The position numbers were made by a program, and so were the translations under genes. From an uncultured Candidatus Actinomarina sp. (GTDB lineage: Bacteria; Actinomycetota; Acidimicrobiia; Actinomarinales; Actinomarinaceae): a DNA stretch of 60,581 nt. Shown piece by piece: positions 48,873 to 59,546 of the stretch. Numbering within the stretch: the first letter of the stretch is position 1; each line of letters starts with the position of its first letter. The DNA lies in the NCBI GenBank assembly GCA_902595195.1, contig CACJPC010000004.1:1-60581 (forward strand), read 5' to 3'. The notes under the pieces were generated by a model that did not search any database, was not told the origin of the DNA, and worked only from the letters and a program-made list of their open reading frames with translations.

Positions 48873-49904
48873 TTACTCTTCCTCGTTTTTAGCTTCTTCT
48901 GTTTCCTCTATGTCTTCTTGGGGTGAATCTCCTAAGCCTTCTATGTCAATTTTATAACCCGTTAATTTTGCAGCTAATCTTGCATTCTGGCCTTCTTTAC
49001 CAATAGCAAGTGAAAGTTGGCTGTCTTTGACAACAACTCTCGCTGACTTTAAATCTTCATCAATTTCAACTTCATCAATATCTGCTGGACCTAATGCTTC
49101 CTTTATAAATCGAACTTTATCTTCTCTCCATTCAACAACATCAAGTTTCTCTCCTCTTAACTCGTTTACAATTTGTCTAACTCTATTACCTCTTGATCCC
49201 ACACAAGCTCCTTTAGGATCAACATTTGGATCATTAGAAAATACAGCAATTTTTGTTCGACTACCTGGTTCTCTAGCAATTGCTCTTAATTCAACTGTTC
49301 CATCTGTCAATTCAGGAACTTCCAGTTCAAGCATTCTTTGTACAAATTCTGCTCTACTCCTACTAACAATGATAGGTACTCCTTTAGCATCTTCTCTTAC
49401 CTCTGTGATCAGTGCTTTGACCCTATTGCCTCTCTCAAGTCTCTCGAAGGGCACCCTTTCACCAGCAGGTATTACTGCTTCAGCATCTTGAAGATCGAGT
49501 ATTGTCTGATTAAATCTTGGATCAAATTGAGTTACTATACCAGTGACAAGCTCTCCTTCTCTTCCAATATAAGCATCAAGGACTGTAGCTCGTTTTGCAT
49601 CTCTAATTTTTGTTGTCATCATTTGCTTAAAGGATTGTGCGGCAATTCTCCCAAACTCGTCTTCATCTAACTCAACTTTCCACTCTTCAATGACATTTCC
49701 TTCATTGTCTAATTCTTGTGCATAAATAAGAACTTCTCCTGAATCTGGATTTAATGTAACTCGAGCTTCTTCAGCAGCTCCAGGTATTCTCATATAAGCT
49801 GACCTAAATGCTGAAACTAATGCTTCATACATGCTTTCAACAGCTACACCTTTTTCTAGTGCTAATGCCTCTATTGCTTGTTTGCTCTCATTACCTAATT
49901 TCAT
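48873..49904 (-). CDS. nusA: Transcription termination factor NusA
   Basis: FGRIAAQ, AREPGSRTK, GACVG, AIGKEGQNARLA. Confidence 0.97.
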   Translation of the reverse strand: MKLGNESKQAIEALALEKGVAVESMYEALVSAFRSAYMRIPGAAEEARVTLNPDSGEVLIYAQELDNEGNVIEEWKVELDEDEFGRIAAQSFKQMMTTKIRDAKRATVLDAYIGREGELVTGIVTQFDPRFNQTILDLQDAEAVIPAGERVPFERLERGNRVKALITEVREDAKGVPIIVSRSRAEFVQRMLELEVPELTDGTVELRAIAREPGSRTKIAVFSNDPNVDPKGACVGSRGNRVRQIVNELRGEKLDVVEWREDKVRFIKEALGPADIDEVEIDEDLKSARVVVKDSQLSLAIGKEGQNARLAAKLTGYKIDIEGLGDSPQEDIEETEEAKNEEE

Positions 49905-49906
49905 TT

Positions 49907-50380
49907 TTATCCTTTTACTTTTTCTTTAAATTGCTTAAATTCAATTTTTGCACTTTTAATATTAGAAAAATTGATTACTACCTCTACTGAGTTAACAATT
50001 AATTTGATGTCTTGTTCGTTAGACGATTCAATATAACCTTCTAATACATATTCATCTTCTATAGGTTCAAATAATTTAATTTTTACTAATTCACCCAAAG
50101 CTAATTCAAAATGCCTGTTTGTTTTTAGTTTTCTTTCAATCCCTGGACTTGAAACAATCATTTCATATGAACCTTTTTCAATACCCATATTTTCGAGTAG
50201 TCTTTGAAATTGTTTATTTAATCTTGAAGTTAAATCAATGTCAATTTCATTATCACTAACTATATAAACTTCAACTCTTGAAATAGAAGGATAATCTACA
50301 ATATTTAGGTCATAAAGTTCAAGATTTTCTTCACTTAGATATAGATCGAAAGCCTCTAAGATTTCTTTTTCAGAAACCAT
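49907..50380 (-). CDS. rimP: Ribosome maturation factor RimP
   Basis: VSSPGIERKL; start MVSE follows GGAGG RBS. Confidence 0.9.
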   Translation of the reverse strand: MVSEKEILEAFDLYLSEENLELYDLNIVDYPSISRVEVYIVSDNEIDIDLTSRLNKQFQRLLENMGIEKGSYEMIVSSPGIERKLKTNRHFELALGELVKIKLFEPIEDEYVLEGYIESSNEQDIKLIVNSVEVVINFSNIKSAKIEFKQFKEKVKG

Positions 50381-50396
50381 ATAAACCTCCATTCAT

Positions 50397-50422
50397 AAAA
50401 AAAGCGGGCTTGAAACCCACTA
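50397..50422 (-). terminator. rimP leader attenuator hairpin
   Basis: Minus strand AGTGGG-TTTCAAG-CCCGCT followed by T-run, just upstream of rimP. Confidence 0.7.
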
Positions 50423-50483
50423 TACATAGTTAAATTGTCTCTGATTAATTGTAACAAACATTGGAGTTTATTTAAAGCCTTTT

Positions 50484-51914
50484 TTAATATGCTTTAGAAA
50501 AAATTGCCTTTTTACCCTCAACAGACTCATTGTTTACAGCTTTGGCAGAACCTTCATTTTCCAAGAGATAGCATCTGAGTGTAGCTTTCGTTAAATCTTT
50601 AATTTCAATCTCATCAGAAGTATTTTCATCCCAATAACATGTAACAAAACCTGGAGTTGAATTCAAAGTATCAATTAGTTCTGCTTTACTGTCTACATGG
50701 ATTGTATTGTCTTTTCTAAAATTCTTTGAGGTCTCTAATAAGTTAGATTGAATGTCGTCTAAATTATCTTTTAATTTCTGAGATACTTCATTTATTGATA
50801 TGGAGTTCTTGCCATCAACACCGTCTCTTCTCGAGAAAACTACAGAATTTTTTTCTATATCTTTAGGCCCTATTTCAATTCTTAATGGTACTCCTTTTAA
50901 TTCCCATTCATTGAATTTGAAACCTGGTGAAATATTATCCCTATCATCAATTTTCATTCGATAACTTTCACACAATTCTTCGTGTAATTTATTAACAGTT
51001 TCTAATACAACTGATTTACTATCCTCATTAGGAATTATTGGAATAAGTACTGATTGAGTAGGTGCTAATTTTGGTGGGAGTTGTAATCCTTTATCATCAC
51101 CATGAGCCATAATAATCATACCTATTAAACGAGTACTAACACCCCAGCTAGTTTGAAATGGATGTTGTAACTCATTATTTTCATCAGAATATTGAATTTC
51201 AAAAGCCTTTGAAAAATTCTGTCCTAACTCATGTGATGTACCTGCTTGCAATGCTTTCTTATCTTTCATCATTGCTTCGATCGAATAAGTAGTAATAGCA
51301 CCAGCAAATCTTTCATTAGCAGACTTGATACCTTTAACAACAGAAACGCCGGCTGCATTTTCAGCAAATTCAGCATATATGTCTAACATTTGCAAAGCTT
51401 CATTTGTTGCTTCTTCTTGAGTTTTGTGTGCGGTATGACCTTCTTGCCAGAGAAACTCTGAAGTTCTTAGGAATAATCGCGTTCTCATTTCCCATCTAAC
51501 AACATTTGCCCACTGGTTAACTAACATTGGTAAATCTCTATGGCTTTTAATCCATTTTGCAAACATATGATTAATAATTGTCTCGGATGTTGGTCTTACG
51601 ACTAAAGGTTCTTCAAGCTCTTTTCCGCCAGCATGTGTGACCGTAGCTAATTCAGGAGAAAAACCTTCAACATGCTCCGCTTCTTTTTGAATAAAAGAAT
51701 TGGGAATAAAAAGTGGGAAATATGCATTCTCATGACCTGTTTCTTTAAATTTTTTATCTAAGTAGGCTTGAACTCCTTCCCAAAGAGAGTAGCCATATGG
51801 TCTTATTACCATCGTTCCTTTTACAGGAGAATAGTCTGCCAATTGTGCTTGTTGAATTATGTCAGTGTACCACTCGTTGAAGTCTTCTGACATAGGTGTA
51901 ATTTTTTCAACCAT
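50484..51914 (-). CDS. proS: Proline--tRNA ligase (archaeal/eukaryote-like type, no insertion editing domain)
   Basis: RPTSET, NQWANVVRWE, EFLWQEGH, QAGTSH, SWGVSTR, C-terminal KAY. Confidence 0.96.
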   Translation of the reverse strand: MVEKITPMSEDFNEWYTDIIQQAQLADYSPVKGTMVIRPYGYSLWEGVQAYLDKKFKETGHENAYFPLFIPNSFIQKEAEHVEGFSPELATVTHAGGKELEEPLVVRPTSETIINHMFAKWIKSHRDLPMLVNQWANVVRWEMRTRLFLRTSEFLWQEGHTAHKTQEEATNEALQMLDIYAEFAENAAGVSVVKGIKSANERFAGAITTYSIEAMMKDKKALQAGTSHELGQNFSKAFEIQYSDENNELQHPFQTSWGVSTRLIGMIIMAHGDDKGLQLPPKLAPTQSVLIPIIPNEDSKSVVLETVNKLHEELCESYRMKIDDRDNISPGFKFNEWELKGVPLRIEIGPKDIEKNSVVFSRRDGVDGKNSISINEVSQKLKDNLDDIQSNLLETSKNFRKDNTIHVDSKAELIDTLNSTPGFVTCYWDENTSDEIEIKDLTKATLRCYLLENEGSAKAVNNESVEGKKAIFSKAY

Positions 51915-51932
51915 GACTATATATTAAAGGTT

Positions 51933-53156
51933 TTAATTTTCAATATCAGTATTTGAAGATATCTCCACAACTGATTTTTTTCTTTCCAAGAAATTGTTAA
52001 TATCTCCCTGAGAATTTATGAGGTCGTTTGCATCTTTACGTGCGATTTCTGCAGCATTTTTATCTGCAGCAGCTAGCCTTGCATCTATCCCTTGTTCAAT
52101 AATTAATTTTGCCTCTGATAGTAAAGCATCGACCATTTCTTTTTCATTAACAACTCTTACCACTTCACCTTTTATAAATAAGTGCCCTTTATTTTTGCCA
52201 GCTGCAATACCTAAATCTGCAGATCTAGCTTCACCAGGACCATTCACAACGCAACCCATAACAGCAACTTGTAATGGAATGTTTTCATTATTTAATGCAT
52301 CTTGTGCTTCTTCTGCAACTTTAATAACATCAACCTCTGCTCTACCACAACTTGGACAAGCAATTAAATCTAAAGAGTTCCTTTCTCTTAGACCTAAATA
52401 CTCCAATAAAGCTCTTCCACTTTTAGCTTCTTCAACTGGATCAGTTGTTAAAGAGTAACGAATTGTGTCACCAATGCCTTCACTTAATAAGGTTCCAATT
52501 CCTGCAGTTGACTTAATTAACCCACCAGGTAGTGGTCCTGCTTCTGTTACGCCAAGATGCAGAGGGTAATCTACTTTTTCAGCTAAAAGCCTATATGATT
52601 CAATCATTAATGGTACGTTCGAATGTTTAACGGAAATTTTTATATCGAAAAAACCAACATCTTCTAGATACTTTAATTCTTTTAGAGCAGATTCAACTAG
52701 AGCTTCAGGTGTAGCATCACCATATTTCTCGAGTAAATCTTTATCAAGAGACCCGCCATTAACACCAATTCTAATTGGTATGTTTGCTGACAAAGCTTCT
52801 TTGGCCACTTCCTTGATCTGTTGTTCTTTTCTAATGTTTCCAGGGTTAAGTCTTAAGCCATTAACGCCAGCATCAATAGCTGCAAGTGCTAGTTTGTATT
52901 GAAAGTGTACATCAGCAACTATTGGAACCGGGCTTCTTTGTGTGATTTCAACCAACCCTGTAGCAGCATCTACTTCATTACAAGTTACTCTTACGATATC
53001 AGCACCATTAGAAGCAAGTTCATAAATCTGCGAGAGCGTAGATTCAACATCTTTAGTTTTTGTTGTAGTCATAGATTGAACAGATATAGGAAAATCTGAC
53101 CCAATTCCAACTTTACCTATTTGAATTTGCCGTGTTTTTCTTCTATTAAATTTCAT
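51933..53156 (-). CDS. ispG: HMBPP synthase
   Basis: SVQSM, RLNPGN, HLGVTEAG, ACPSCGR, MGCVVNGPGE. Confidence 0.97.
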   Translation of the reverse strand: MKFNRRKTRQIQIGKVGIGSDFPISVQSMTTTKTKDVESTLSQIYELASNGADIVRVTCNEVDAATGLVEITQRSPVPIVADVHFQYKLALAAIDAGVNGLRLNPGNIRKEQQIKEVAKEALSANIPIRIGVNGGSLDKDLLEKYGDATPEALVESALKELKYLEDVGFFDIKISVKHSNVPLMIESYRLLAEKVDYPLHLGVTEAGPLPGGLIKSTAGIGTLLSEGIGDTIRYSLTTDPVEEAKSGRALLEYLGLRERNSLDLIACPSCGRAEVDVIKVAEEAQDALNNENIPLQVAVMGCVVNGPGEARSADLGIAAGKNKGHLFIKGEVVRVVNEKEMVDALLSEAKLIIEQGIDARLAAADKNAAEIARKDANDLINSQGDINNFLERKKSVVEISSNTDIEN

Positions 53157-54256
53157 AATCTTATTGGCTGCGTAATATCAAGATAAAATGCTGTTATTCC
53201 TAAGAATACAAAAATAAAAATTACAAGAGCAGCTATTGGATATAATTTTTTATCTTCTATTTTTTTACCTGTAATGCCTTCGTACAACGCTAAAACAATT
53301 CTTCCACCATCTAATGGAACTAGCGGTATCGAATTAAAAACAGCTAAGAAAATATTAACAAAAGCAAGCAAACTAAATAAATTTACATAACCTCCCTCAG
53401 CTATTTGGTTTCCAGCTTGTGCTAAACCAATTGGACTCAACGGTCTTACTTCATCAGGAACATCTTCGCCTGTATAAGTACCAAGTAAAGCTTCAAGAGT
53501 AGATGGGTTAAATAATGTAAAAATCCCTTCAATAGCTGCCTTAGTCATATCAATTTCTATAAGAGTTGTTGCAGGTATGGCTTGTAGCAAACCAAGAGTT
53601 TGTCTTTCTAAAACAGGTGAGACCCCTAAGTAACCTGAGAGTTCATTGTTTAAGAGTCTTGACTCTAATGTAGTTGTAGTTAAGTACATTTGAGAATTTC
53701 GAATATATCCTATCGATACATTATTATCTGGATTAACTTCGATAATTGAAACTAACTCTTCCCAACTCTGTACCTCTGAACCGTTAAATGAATAAATTAT
53801 ATCTCCTGGAATCAAACCTGCTTTTTTTGATGGAGCATCATCATTTGGATTGCTTATTGATTCTCCAATTGTAGCTACCTCCAGCGTTGGTTGGTCTATC
53901 CCATAAAAAGCAAATATAGAAAATAAAATTATCCATGCTACAAAAAAATTGACCAATATTCCTGAAGAGGCAATATAAAGCTTTTTAGTCCAAGATGCAG
54001 TATGAAACAATTCTTCATGTTTATAGTCTGATACAGGTTCGTTTTCATCCATTCCTGGTATCTTTACGTATCCACCCAGCAAAATAGCTTTTAAGCCATA
54101 TTCAGTATTGTTTCTTTTGAAAGAAAATAGTTTTGGGCCAAAACCAACAAAAAATTCAGATACTGCAATTTTTGATCTTCTTGCAGAAATGTAATGACCA
54201 AGCTCATGAAGTACCACAAACAATGTAAGCAATAAAATAGTTAAAATAGCATTCAT
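53153..54256 (-). CDS. rseP: Site-2 protease M50 with PDZ domain (RseP/Rip1)
   Basis: HELGH, GFGP, GGYV, NSIPLVPLDGG. Confidence 0.93.
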   Translation of the reverse strand: MNAILTILLLTLFVVLHELGHYISARRSKIAVSEFFVGFGPKLFSFKRNNTEYGLKAILLGGYVKIPGMDENEPVSDYKHEELFHTASWTKKLYIASSGILVNFFVAWIILFSIFAFYGIDQPTLEVATIGESISNPNDDAPSKKAGLIPGDIIYSFNGSEVQSWEELVSIIEVNPDNNVSIGYIRNSQMYLTTTTLESRLLNNELSGYLGVSPVLERQTLGLLQAIPATTLIEIDMTKAAIEGIFTLFNPSTLEALLGTYTGEDVPDEVRPLSPIGLAQAGNQIAEGGYVNLFSLLAFVNIFLAVFNSIPLVPLDGGRIVLALYEGITGKKIEDKKLYPIAALVIFIFVFLGITAFYLDITQPIRL

Positions 54257-54272
54257 ATATTAATTATTACAC

Positions 54273-55190
54273 TTATTGGATTAAATCTAAAAAATGAACG
54301 AATAGAACAAGAATTGGAAAACTTAATAATTGTGAATCAATTCTATCTAATACACCACCATGACCTGGCAACAAAGTGCTTGTGTCTTTAAGTTCAATAG
54401 ATCGTTTAATTTTTGATTCAAACAAATCCCCCAAAGTTCCAAATAACACGAACAAAATAGAAATTAATATTTTTTGCGTTAAGGTAACAGTTAAAAAATA
54501 ATTTAAAACAAAGAAAACAAAAATAGATCCAACAAATAATCCGGCTGCAAAGCCTTCTACTGTTTTGTTAGGTGATATGTTTTCTGAAAGCTTCTTTTTG
54601 CCATATCGCCTACCAAACTCATAGGCAGCAACATCATTAATTGATATTGAAATTAATAAAAGAAAAGTAAATAATGGCCCAAAATTATTTAAAAAATAGC
54701 CAATTGAAGCTAAACCTGTTCCAAACCAAATAAGAAACAAAAATGAGCTTCCGAATTTATCATAGACTCCATAATTTATAAAAGTTCCTGTGTAAACAAT
54801 TACACCTATAGGAAAAATTAAATATGGAATGTGAAAATTGTTTAAACCAAAAAAATATGCCACAAACAATGGAGCAAGAGCTGCATATAGTAGTAACGGA
54901 TAAGGAAGTATTGTTTCATATTCGAACATATCAAACCATTCTTTAGTAGCAAGAAGACCAACGATAACCAACAAAATTAGTGCTGAAGTTTTATTAATAA
55001 ACATTGCAGCAACAATAATTATCAATGCTAAACCAGTCACAACTCTTGGATTCGATGAGAAAAATGAAGGATTTTCTTGGTCTTTACTTATCTGAGATGA
55101 ATCATTTTCATCAGGAAGCTCAATGTATCCAGGCCAAAACGTACCATCATTATCTGATTGAAATAGTTTTTTAAACCTCAAGTAATTCAT
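54273..55190 (-). CDS. cdsA: Phosphatidate cytidylyltransferase
   Basis: ISPNKTVEG, GDLFESKIKR, LPGHGGVLDRID. Confidence 0.94.
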   Translation of the reverse strand: MNYLRFKKLFQSDNDGTFWPGYIELPDENDSSQISKDQENPSFFSSNPRVVTGLALIIIVAAMFINKTSALILLVIVGLLATKEWFDMFEYETILPYPLLLYAALAPLFVAYFFGLNNFHIPYLIFPIGVIVYTGTFINYGVYDKFGSSFLFLIWFGTGLASIGYFLNNFGPLFTFLLLISISINDVAAYEFGRRYGKKKLSENISPNKTVEGFAAGLFVGSIFVFFVLNYFLTVTLTQKILISILFVLFGTLGDLFESKIKRSIELKDTSTLLPGHGGVLDRIDSQLLSFPILVLFVHFLDLIQ

Positions 55191-55722
55191 TTTGCTTTAT
55201 CAAAAGTAATTCATCAATTTTATTTACATACTTATCAGTTAACTCTTGTACTTTTGATTCCAATCTTTTTATCTCATCAGCAGAATTTTCATCTTTTAAT
55301 TTGGAAATTTCATCTATGCCAAATCTTCTGTGTGATCGTATTGAAACTTTTGCATCTTCTGATGATTTAGAAGCTACTTTACCAAGTTCTTTTCTTCTTT
55401 CTTCTGATAAAGGTGGTATTGGTATACGAATTACTTCTCCATCATTTGTTGGATTTAATCCAATATCTGCATTTAAAACTGATTTTTCAATTTCTTCTAG
55501 AGCTGTTTTGTCAAAAGGTTGTATGACTAATAGCTTTGGATCTGGTACTGATATAGTTGCTAATTGCTGAAGTGGTGTCTTAGTTCCGTAGTATTCTACA
55601 TTTAATTTATCGACTAGTGATGGATTTGCTCTGCCGGTTCTGATCGTTGAAAATTCATCTACCAAGTGATTTATTGAATTAATCATCTTTTGCTCAATAT
55701 CTTTTATAAGTATTTCGCTCAT
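55171..55722 (-). CDS. frr: Ribosome recycling factor
   Basis: IRTGRANP, YYG, PPLSEERRK. Confidence 0.97.
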   Translation of the reverse strand: MSEILIKDIEQKMINSINHLVDEFSTIRTGRANPSLVDKLNVEYYGTKTPLQQLATISVPDPKLLVIQPFDKTALEEIEKSVLNADIGLNPTNDGEVIRIPIPPLSEERRKELGKVASKSSEDAKVSIRSHRRFGIDEISKLKDENSADEIKRLESKVQELTDKYVNKIDELLLIKQNELLEV

Positions 55723-56423
55723 TATTGTATTAAAGTTCCTAGTTTCTCACCTGTAATGGCTTTGTAAATATTTTGTTCTTTAGTACCATCAAATACTCTT
55801 ATGGGCATTTCGTTTTCTTCACATAGTGTTATTGCAGTTAAATCCATAACTTTTAATTTGCTTGAGACCACATCTTTATATGAAATTTCATTATAAAGCT
55901 CAGCTTGCTCTTCAACTTCTGGATCTTTATCGAAAACACCTTCAACTCTGGTTGATTTCAACATTAAATCCGCATCTATTTCTGCTGCTCGAAGTGAGGC
56001 CGCTGTGTCAGTTGTAAAATATGGATTACCTGTACCTGCTGCAAAAATAACAACTCTACCTTTTTCAAGATGCCTTATTGCTCGAAGTCTAATATAAGGT
56101 TCTGCAACAGCTGTCATGGTTATAGCGGATTGGACTCGCGTTTGTGTACCGTTCTTGTCTAAAGCATCTTTTAAAGCAACAGCATTTATAACTGTTGCTA
56201 ACATTCCCATGTAATCTGCATTTGCTTGTGCCATGTTTTTTGCAGATTCTTGTACGCCTCTAAAAAAGTTACCACCGCCTACAACAACACCTATTTGAAT
56301 ATTCTCATTATTAGCTGCTGTTATCTCAGAAGCGATTCTTTCAATTACCTTTGGTTCAATTCCAAAATTAGTTTCAGGATTAGAAAAGGATTCTCCAGAA
56401 AGTTTTAGTAGAACCCTACTCAT
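55722..56423 (-). CDS. pyrH: UMP kinase
   Basis: LLKLSGE, GGGNFFRG, GNPYFTTD. Confidence 0.97.
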   Translation of the reverse strand: MSRVLLKLSGESFSNPETNFGIEPKVIERIASEITAANNENIQIGVVVGGGNFFRGVQESAKNMAQANADYMGMLATVINAVALKDALDKNGTQTRVQSAITMTAVAEPYIRLRAIRHLEKGRVVIFAAGTGNPYFTTDTAASLRAAEIDADLMLKSTRVEGVFDKDPEVEEQAELYNEISYKDVVSSKLKVMDLTAITLCEENEMPIRVFDGTKEQNIYKAITGEKLGTLIQ

Positions 56424-56425
56424 TA

Positions 56426-57034
56426 TTAAGTACCAACCTCAATTCTCGAAAATTTCTTAATATAAATTTTTTCACCTAATTTTCCAGATAGCTCTTCAAT
56501 CATTGTACCAACTTGACCCTCATAAAATTCTGGATTGCAAAATGTTTGTTCATTCAAAACATAATCTTTGTAAAAAGATGAAATTTTTCCATCAACTATC
56601 TTTGTTATAACATCTGCTGGCTTTCCTTCATTTTCGGATTGCTTTTTAATAATTTCTTTTTCTTCCTCAATTCTTTCTGAAGGAACATCTTCAACATCTA
56701 AGAATTCAGGTTTTAGAGCTGCTATGTGCATAGCTACTTGCTTAGCAACATTTTTAAATTCATCTGATTTAGCAACAAAATCTGTTTCACATGCAAGTTC
56801 GACTAGTACACCAGCAACAGCTCTATCCTGTTGAAAATGTATATAGTCACCAATAGTTCCTTGGTTGGCTTCTTTATCAGCTCTTTTTTTCGAGTCTGCT
56901 AAGCCTTTTTCTCTAAGATACTTAACAGCATTATCAAAATCTCCATTGCTTTCAGATAGAGCTTTTTTGGCATCCATCATTCCAGCACCAGTCATATCAC
57001 GTAGTTTTTTTACATCAGCTGCTGAAATTGACAT
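56426..57034 (-). CDS. tsf: Elongation factor Ts (short form)
   Basis: LRDMTGAGMMDAKKAL, ETDFV. Confidence 0.97.
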   Translation of the reverse strand: MSISAADVKKLRDMTGAGMMDAKKALSESNGDFDNAVKYLREKGLADSKKRADKEANQGTIGDYIHFQQDRAVAGVLVELACETDFVAKSDEFKNVAKQVAMHIAALKPEFLDVEDVPSERIEEEKEIIKKQSENEGKPADVITKIVDGKISSFYKDYVLNEQTFCNPEFYEGQVGTMIEELSGKLGEKIYIKKFSRIEVGT

Positions 57035-57744
57035 TATTCTTTCTCCTTATTCTCAACTTCACTTCTTTTTCCTGAACCTTTAAGACAAGCGTCGGCAATT
57101 GCTGAAGCAATTAACTCAATTGATCTAATTGCGTCGTCATTACCAGGTATAACAATTTCAACTCCTTCAGGATTTACATTTGAGTCTGCTAAACCAATAA
57201 CTGGAATGCCTAATTTTTGAGCTTCAGTAATGGCTGTAGATTCATTGGAAAGATCTACGACAAAAATTGCATCCGGAAGTTTGTTTAAATTTACAATTCC
57301 GCCAATTGATTTAGTAAGTTTTTCAATTTCTCTTTTAATCCTTAATCTTTCAGATTTTGTATATGCGTTTATTTCACCTGAAGACTCTAAAGATTTTAAT
57401 TCCTTTAGATAAACTACCCGTTTTATAATTGTTTTAAAATTTGTGAGCATACCACCCAACCATCTAAAATTCACATAAGGCATGCCAGCTCGAATTGCTT
57501 GATCTTCAATTACTTGTTGAGCCTGTGGTTTAGTTCCTACAAATAAAACTTTTCCACTATTAGCAACTAACTTTTGTACATATTCCTGAGCTTGCTCAAT
57601 AGCGTCATAAGTGATTCTGAGATCTAAAATGTGAATACCACTTTTAGCTCCGTAGATAAATTTATCCATTTTGGGATTCCATCTTTGTGTTTGATGACCA
57701 AAATGTACGCCCGCTTCAAGCAGGTCTTTCATTGTTGTACTCAA
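57034..57744 (-). CDS. rpsB: 30S ribosomal protein S2
   Basis: LLEAGVHFGH, RWLGGMLTN, PGNDDA; TTG start after AAGGAG. Confidence 0.98.
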   Translation of the reverse strand: MSTTMKDLLEAGVHFGHQTQRWNPKMDKFIYGAKSGIHILDLRITYDAIEQAQEYVQKLVANSGKVLFVGTKPQAQQVIEDQAIRAGMPYVNFRWLGGMLTNFKTIIKRVVYLKELKSLESSGEINAYTKSERLRIKREIEKLTKSIGGIVNLNKLPDAIFVVDLSNESTAITEAQKLGIPVIGLADSNVNPEGVEIVIPGNDDAIRSIELIASAIADACLKGSGKRSEVENKEKE

Positions 57745-57759
57745 TATTTCTCCTTTGGT

Positions 57760-57835
57760 TAATACATCCCATATTCCTTGCCTAAGCGGTTTCCAAACTT
57801 TCGTTCACCAAGGAAACTTGCAAATATGGTGTCTA
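57760..57835 (-). promoter_or_regulatory. Structured rpsB 5' leader (putative S2 autoregulatory element)
   Basis: CCATATT..TTCCTTG pairs with CAAGGAATATGG, enclosing an AAC-GAAA-GTT hairpin; TAGAAT -10 upstream. Confidence 0.55.
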
Positions 57836-57870
57836 TTTTCATTTGAATTCTAATATCAAAAAGATATTAT

Positions 57871-58740
57871 TCAACCCCTCGGATGAGATTGTTTATATTT
57901 TTTTTGGAGTTGCTTTTTAGATACATGAGTATAAATTTGTGTTGTACTAGGGTCGTTGTGACCAAGTAGTTCTTGAACTATTCTCAAATCAGCACCGCCC
58001 TCTAATAAATGTGTTGCAAAAGTATGCCTAATGCTATGTGGAAATGTTCCAGTTCTAAATTTAACGATCCTTCTAATTTCTCTGTCGCTTAATTGACCTC
58101 CTCTTACACCAAGAAAAAGATAATTTTTTGACTTATCATTCTCAAATTTTGGTCTTGAAGTCTCAATATATTTTTTTGTACTAACATATGCTCTTTTGGT
58201 CATAGGTAAAACTCTTTCTTTACTCCCCTTACCTAAAACTCTTATAGAATTATTTTTGTTAATACTGTTTGAAGTTAAATTTGAAACTTCACTGACTCTC
58301 AGACCAGATGAATACATTAATTCTAAAATTGCTTTATCTCTTATATCTTTTTCAGAAGATTCAGGAAGATTGTCTAGGAGTCTATTTATATATGATGAAG
58401 TTAAAACATTTGGCAGTTTTTTCTCTACTTTTAAATTGTTTACAATTTTTATTTGGTTTTGATTAAAGTAATTATTGTCAACAGCCCAAGATAAGAAAGT
58501 CCTGATTGAAGTGATTTTACGATTAATAGAAGTCTTTGAATATTTATTCTTGTTTAAATGTTTTAGATAACTCGAGAATTCTCCAACACTTTCTGTATTT
58601 TCAAAATAATGTTTTATGTCAGAGTTGTATGATTTGATTGTATTTTGTGAATAATTCTTCACATTATTGATATAGATTAAATATTCTTCAAGTACTTTGT
58701 TTCTATCTGATTGATTATTTAGATTCAAGTCTTTTCTCAA
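57871..58740 (-). CDS. xerC: Tyrosine recombinase XerC
   Basis: [29 protein letters not shown]; located upstream of rpsB. Confidence 0.88.
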   Translation of the reverse strand: MRKDLNLNNQSDRNKVLEEYLIYINNVKNYSQNTIKSYNSDIKHYFENTESVGEFSSYLKHLNKNKYSKTSINRKITSIRTFLSWAVDNNYFNQNQIKIVNNLKVEKKLPNVLTSSYINRLLDNLPESSEKDIRDKAILELMYSSGLRVSEVSNLTSNSINKNNSIRVLGKGSKERVLPMTKRAYVSTKKYIETSRPKFENDKSKNYLFLGVRGGQLSDREIRRIVKFRTGTFPHSIRHTFATHLLEGGADLRIVQELLGHNDPSTTQIYTHVSKKQLQKKYKQSHPRG

Positions 58741-59470
58741 GCCTTCTCTGTAGTCCTGATAGTATCAAAGTTATTATCAAATATAAAACAGTAAGTACAA
58801 GATATGTCTCTGCAAATCTAAATGTACTTCCTGAATACAATCTTCCTCTGTAAGTTAAATCTTCAACAGCTAGAACTGATAACAAAGAAGAGTCTTTCAT
58901 CATTGATATGAAATCATTTCCTAAAGCTGGAAGCATATTTCTAAAAGCTTGAGGTAAGACTATAAATCTCATAACTTGCCTGTCTGTTAAACCTAGAGAT
59001 GCTCCACCCTCTCTCTGACCTACAGGTACAGATTCTATACCAGCTCTAAAGACTTCAGCAATATATGCACCGTAAAATACTGATAAGGCAATTATTGCTC
59101 TTACAAGCATAGGAACATTCCCATTATTAATGTTGAAGAATTCAGCACCTCTTACAACTACAACAAATGCAATAGTAAAAATTAAAATCAGAACAGGTAC
59201 GCCTCTTATAAATTCTATATAAGTTCTGGAAATCGTACTTGCAATTTTATTATTAGAAATACGCCCAATTCCTGATATCAAGCCCAAAAATAATGCAATT
59301 ACAAATGAAATAATTGTTGATAAAAAAGTTATGGAAAGACCAGGAAGAATAAAATTGAAGGCTTTGTTATATTCTGGATTAGAAAAGATGACATAAATCA
59401 TCCAAGAAATGATTCCAATCAATATCAGTAACCACCAATTATCAGGTTTGAATAAATTTTTAATTTTCAT
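58715..59470 (-). CDS. Polar amino acid ABC transporter permease
   Basis: [25 protein letters not shown]; likely start MKIK. Confidence 0.92.
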   Translation of the reverse strand: MKIKNLFKPDNWWLLILIGIISWMIYVIFSNPEYNKAFNFILPGLSITFLSTIISFVIALFLGLISGIGRISNNKIASTISRTYIEFIRGVPVLILIFTIAFVVVVRGAEFFNINNGNVPMLVRAIIALSVFYGAYIAEVFRAGIESVPVGQREGGASLGLTDRQVMRFIVLPQAFRNMLPALGNDFISMMKDSSLLSVLAVEDLTYRGRLYSGSTFRFAETYLVLTVLYLIITLILSGLQRRLEKRLESK

Positions 59471-59491
59471 ATATTTTTCTAATAATAAAGC

Positions 59492-59517
59492 AATAGGCAC
59501 GGTTTTCCGTGCCTATT
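59492..59517 (-). terminator. Perfect hairpin between the amino acid binding protein and permease genes
   Basis: AATAGGCACGG-TTTT-CCGTGCCTATT (11-bp stem). Confidence 0.7.
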
Positions 59518-59546
59518 ACAAATTTATATATAAATAAATTATTTAT

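Noticed and set aside
57871-58740. Tyrosine recombinase as a prophage or island integrase
   Set aside because: Size, motifs and position upstream of rpsB match housekeeping XerC
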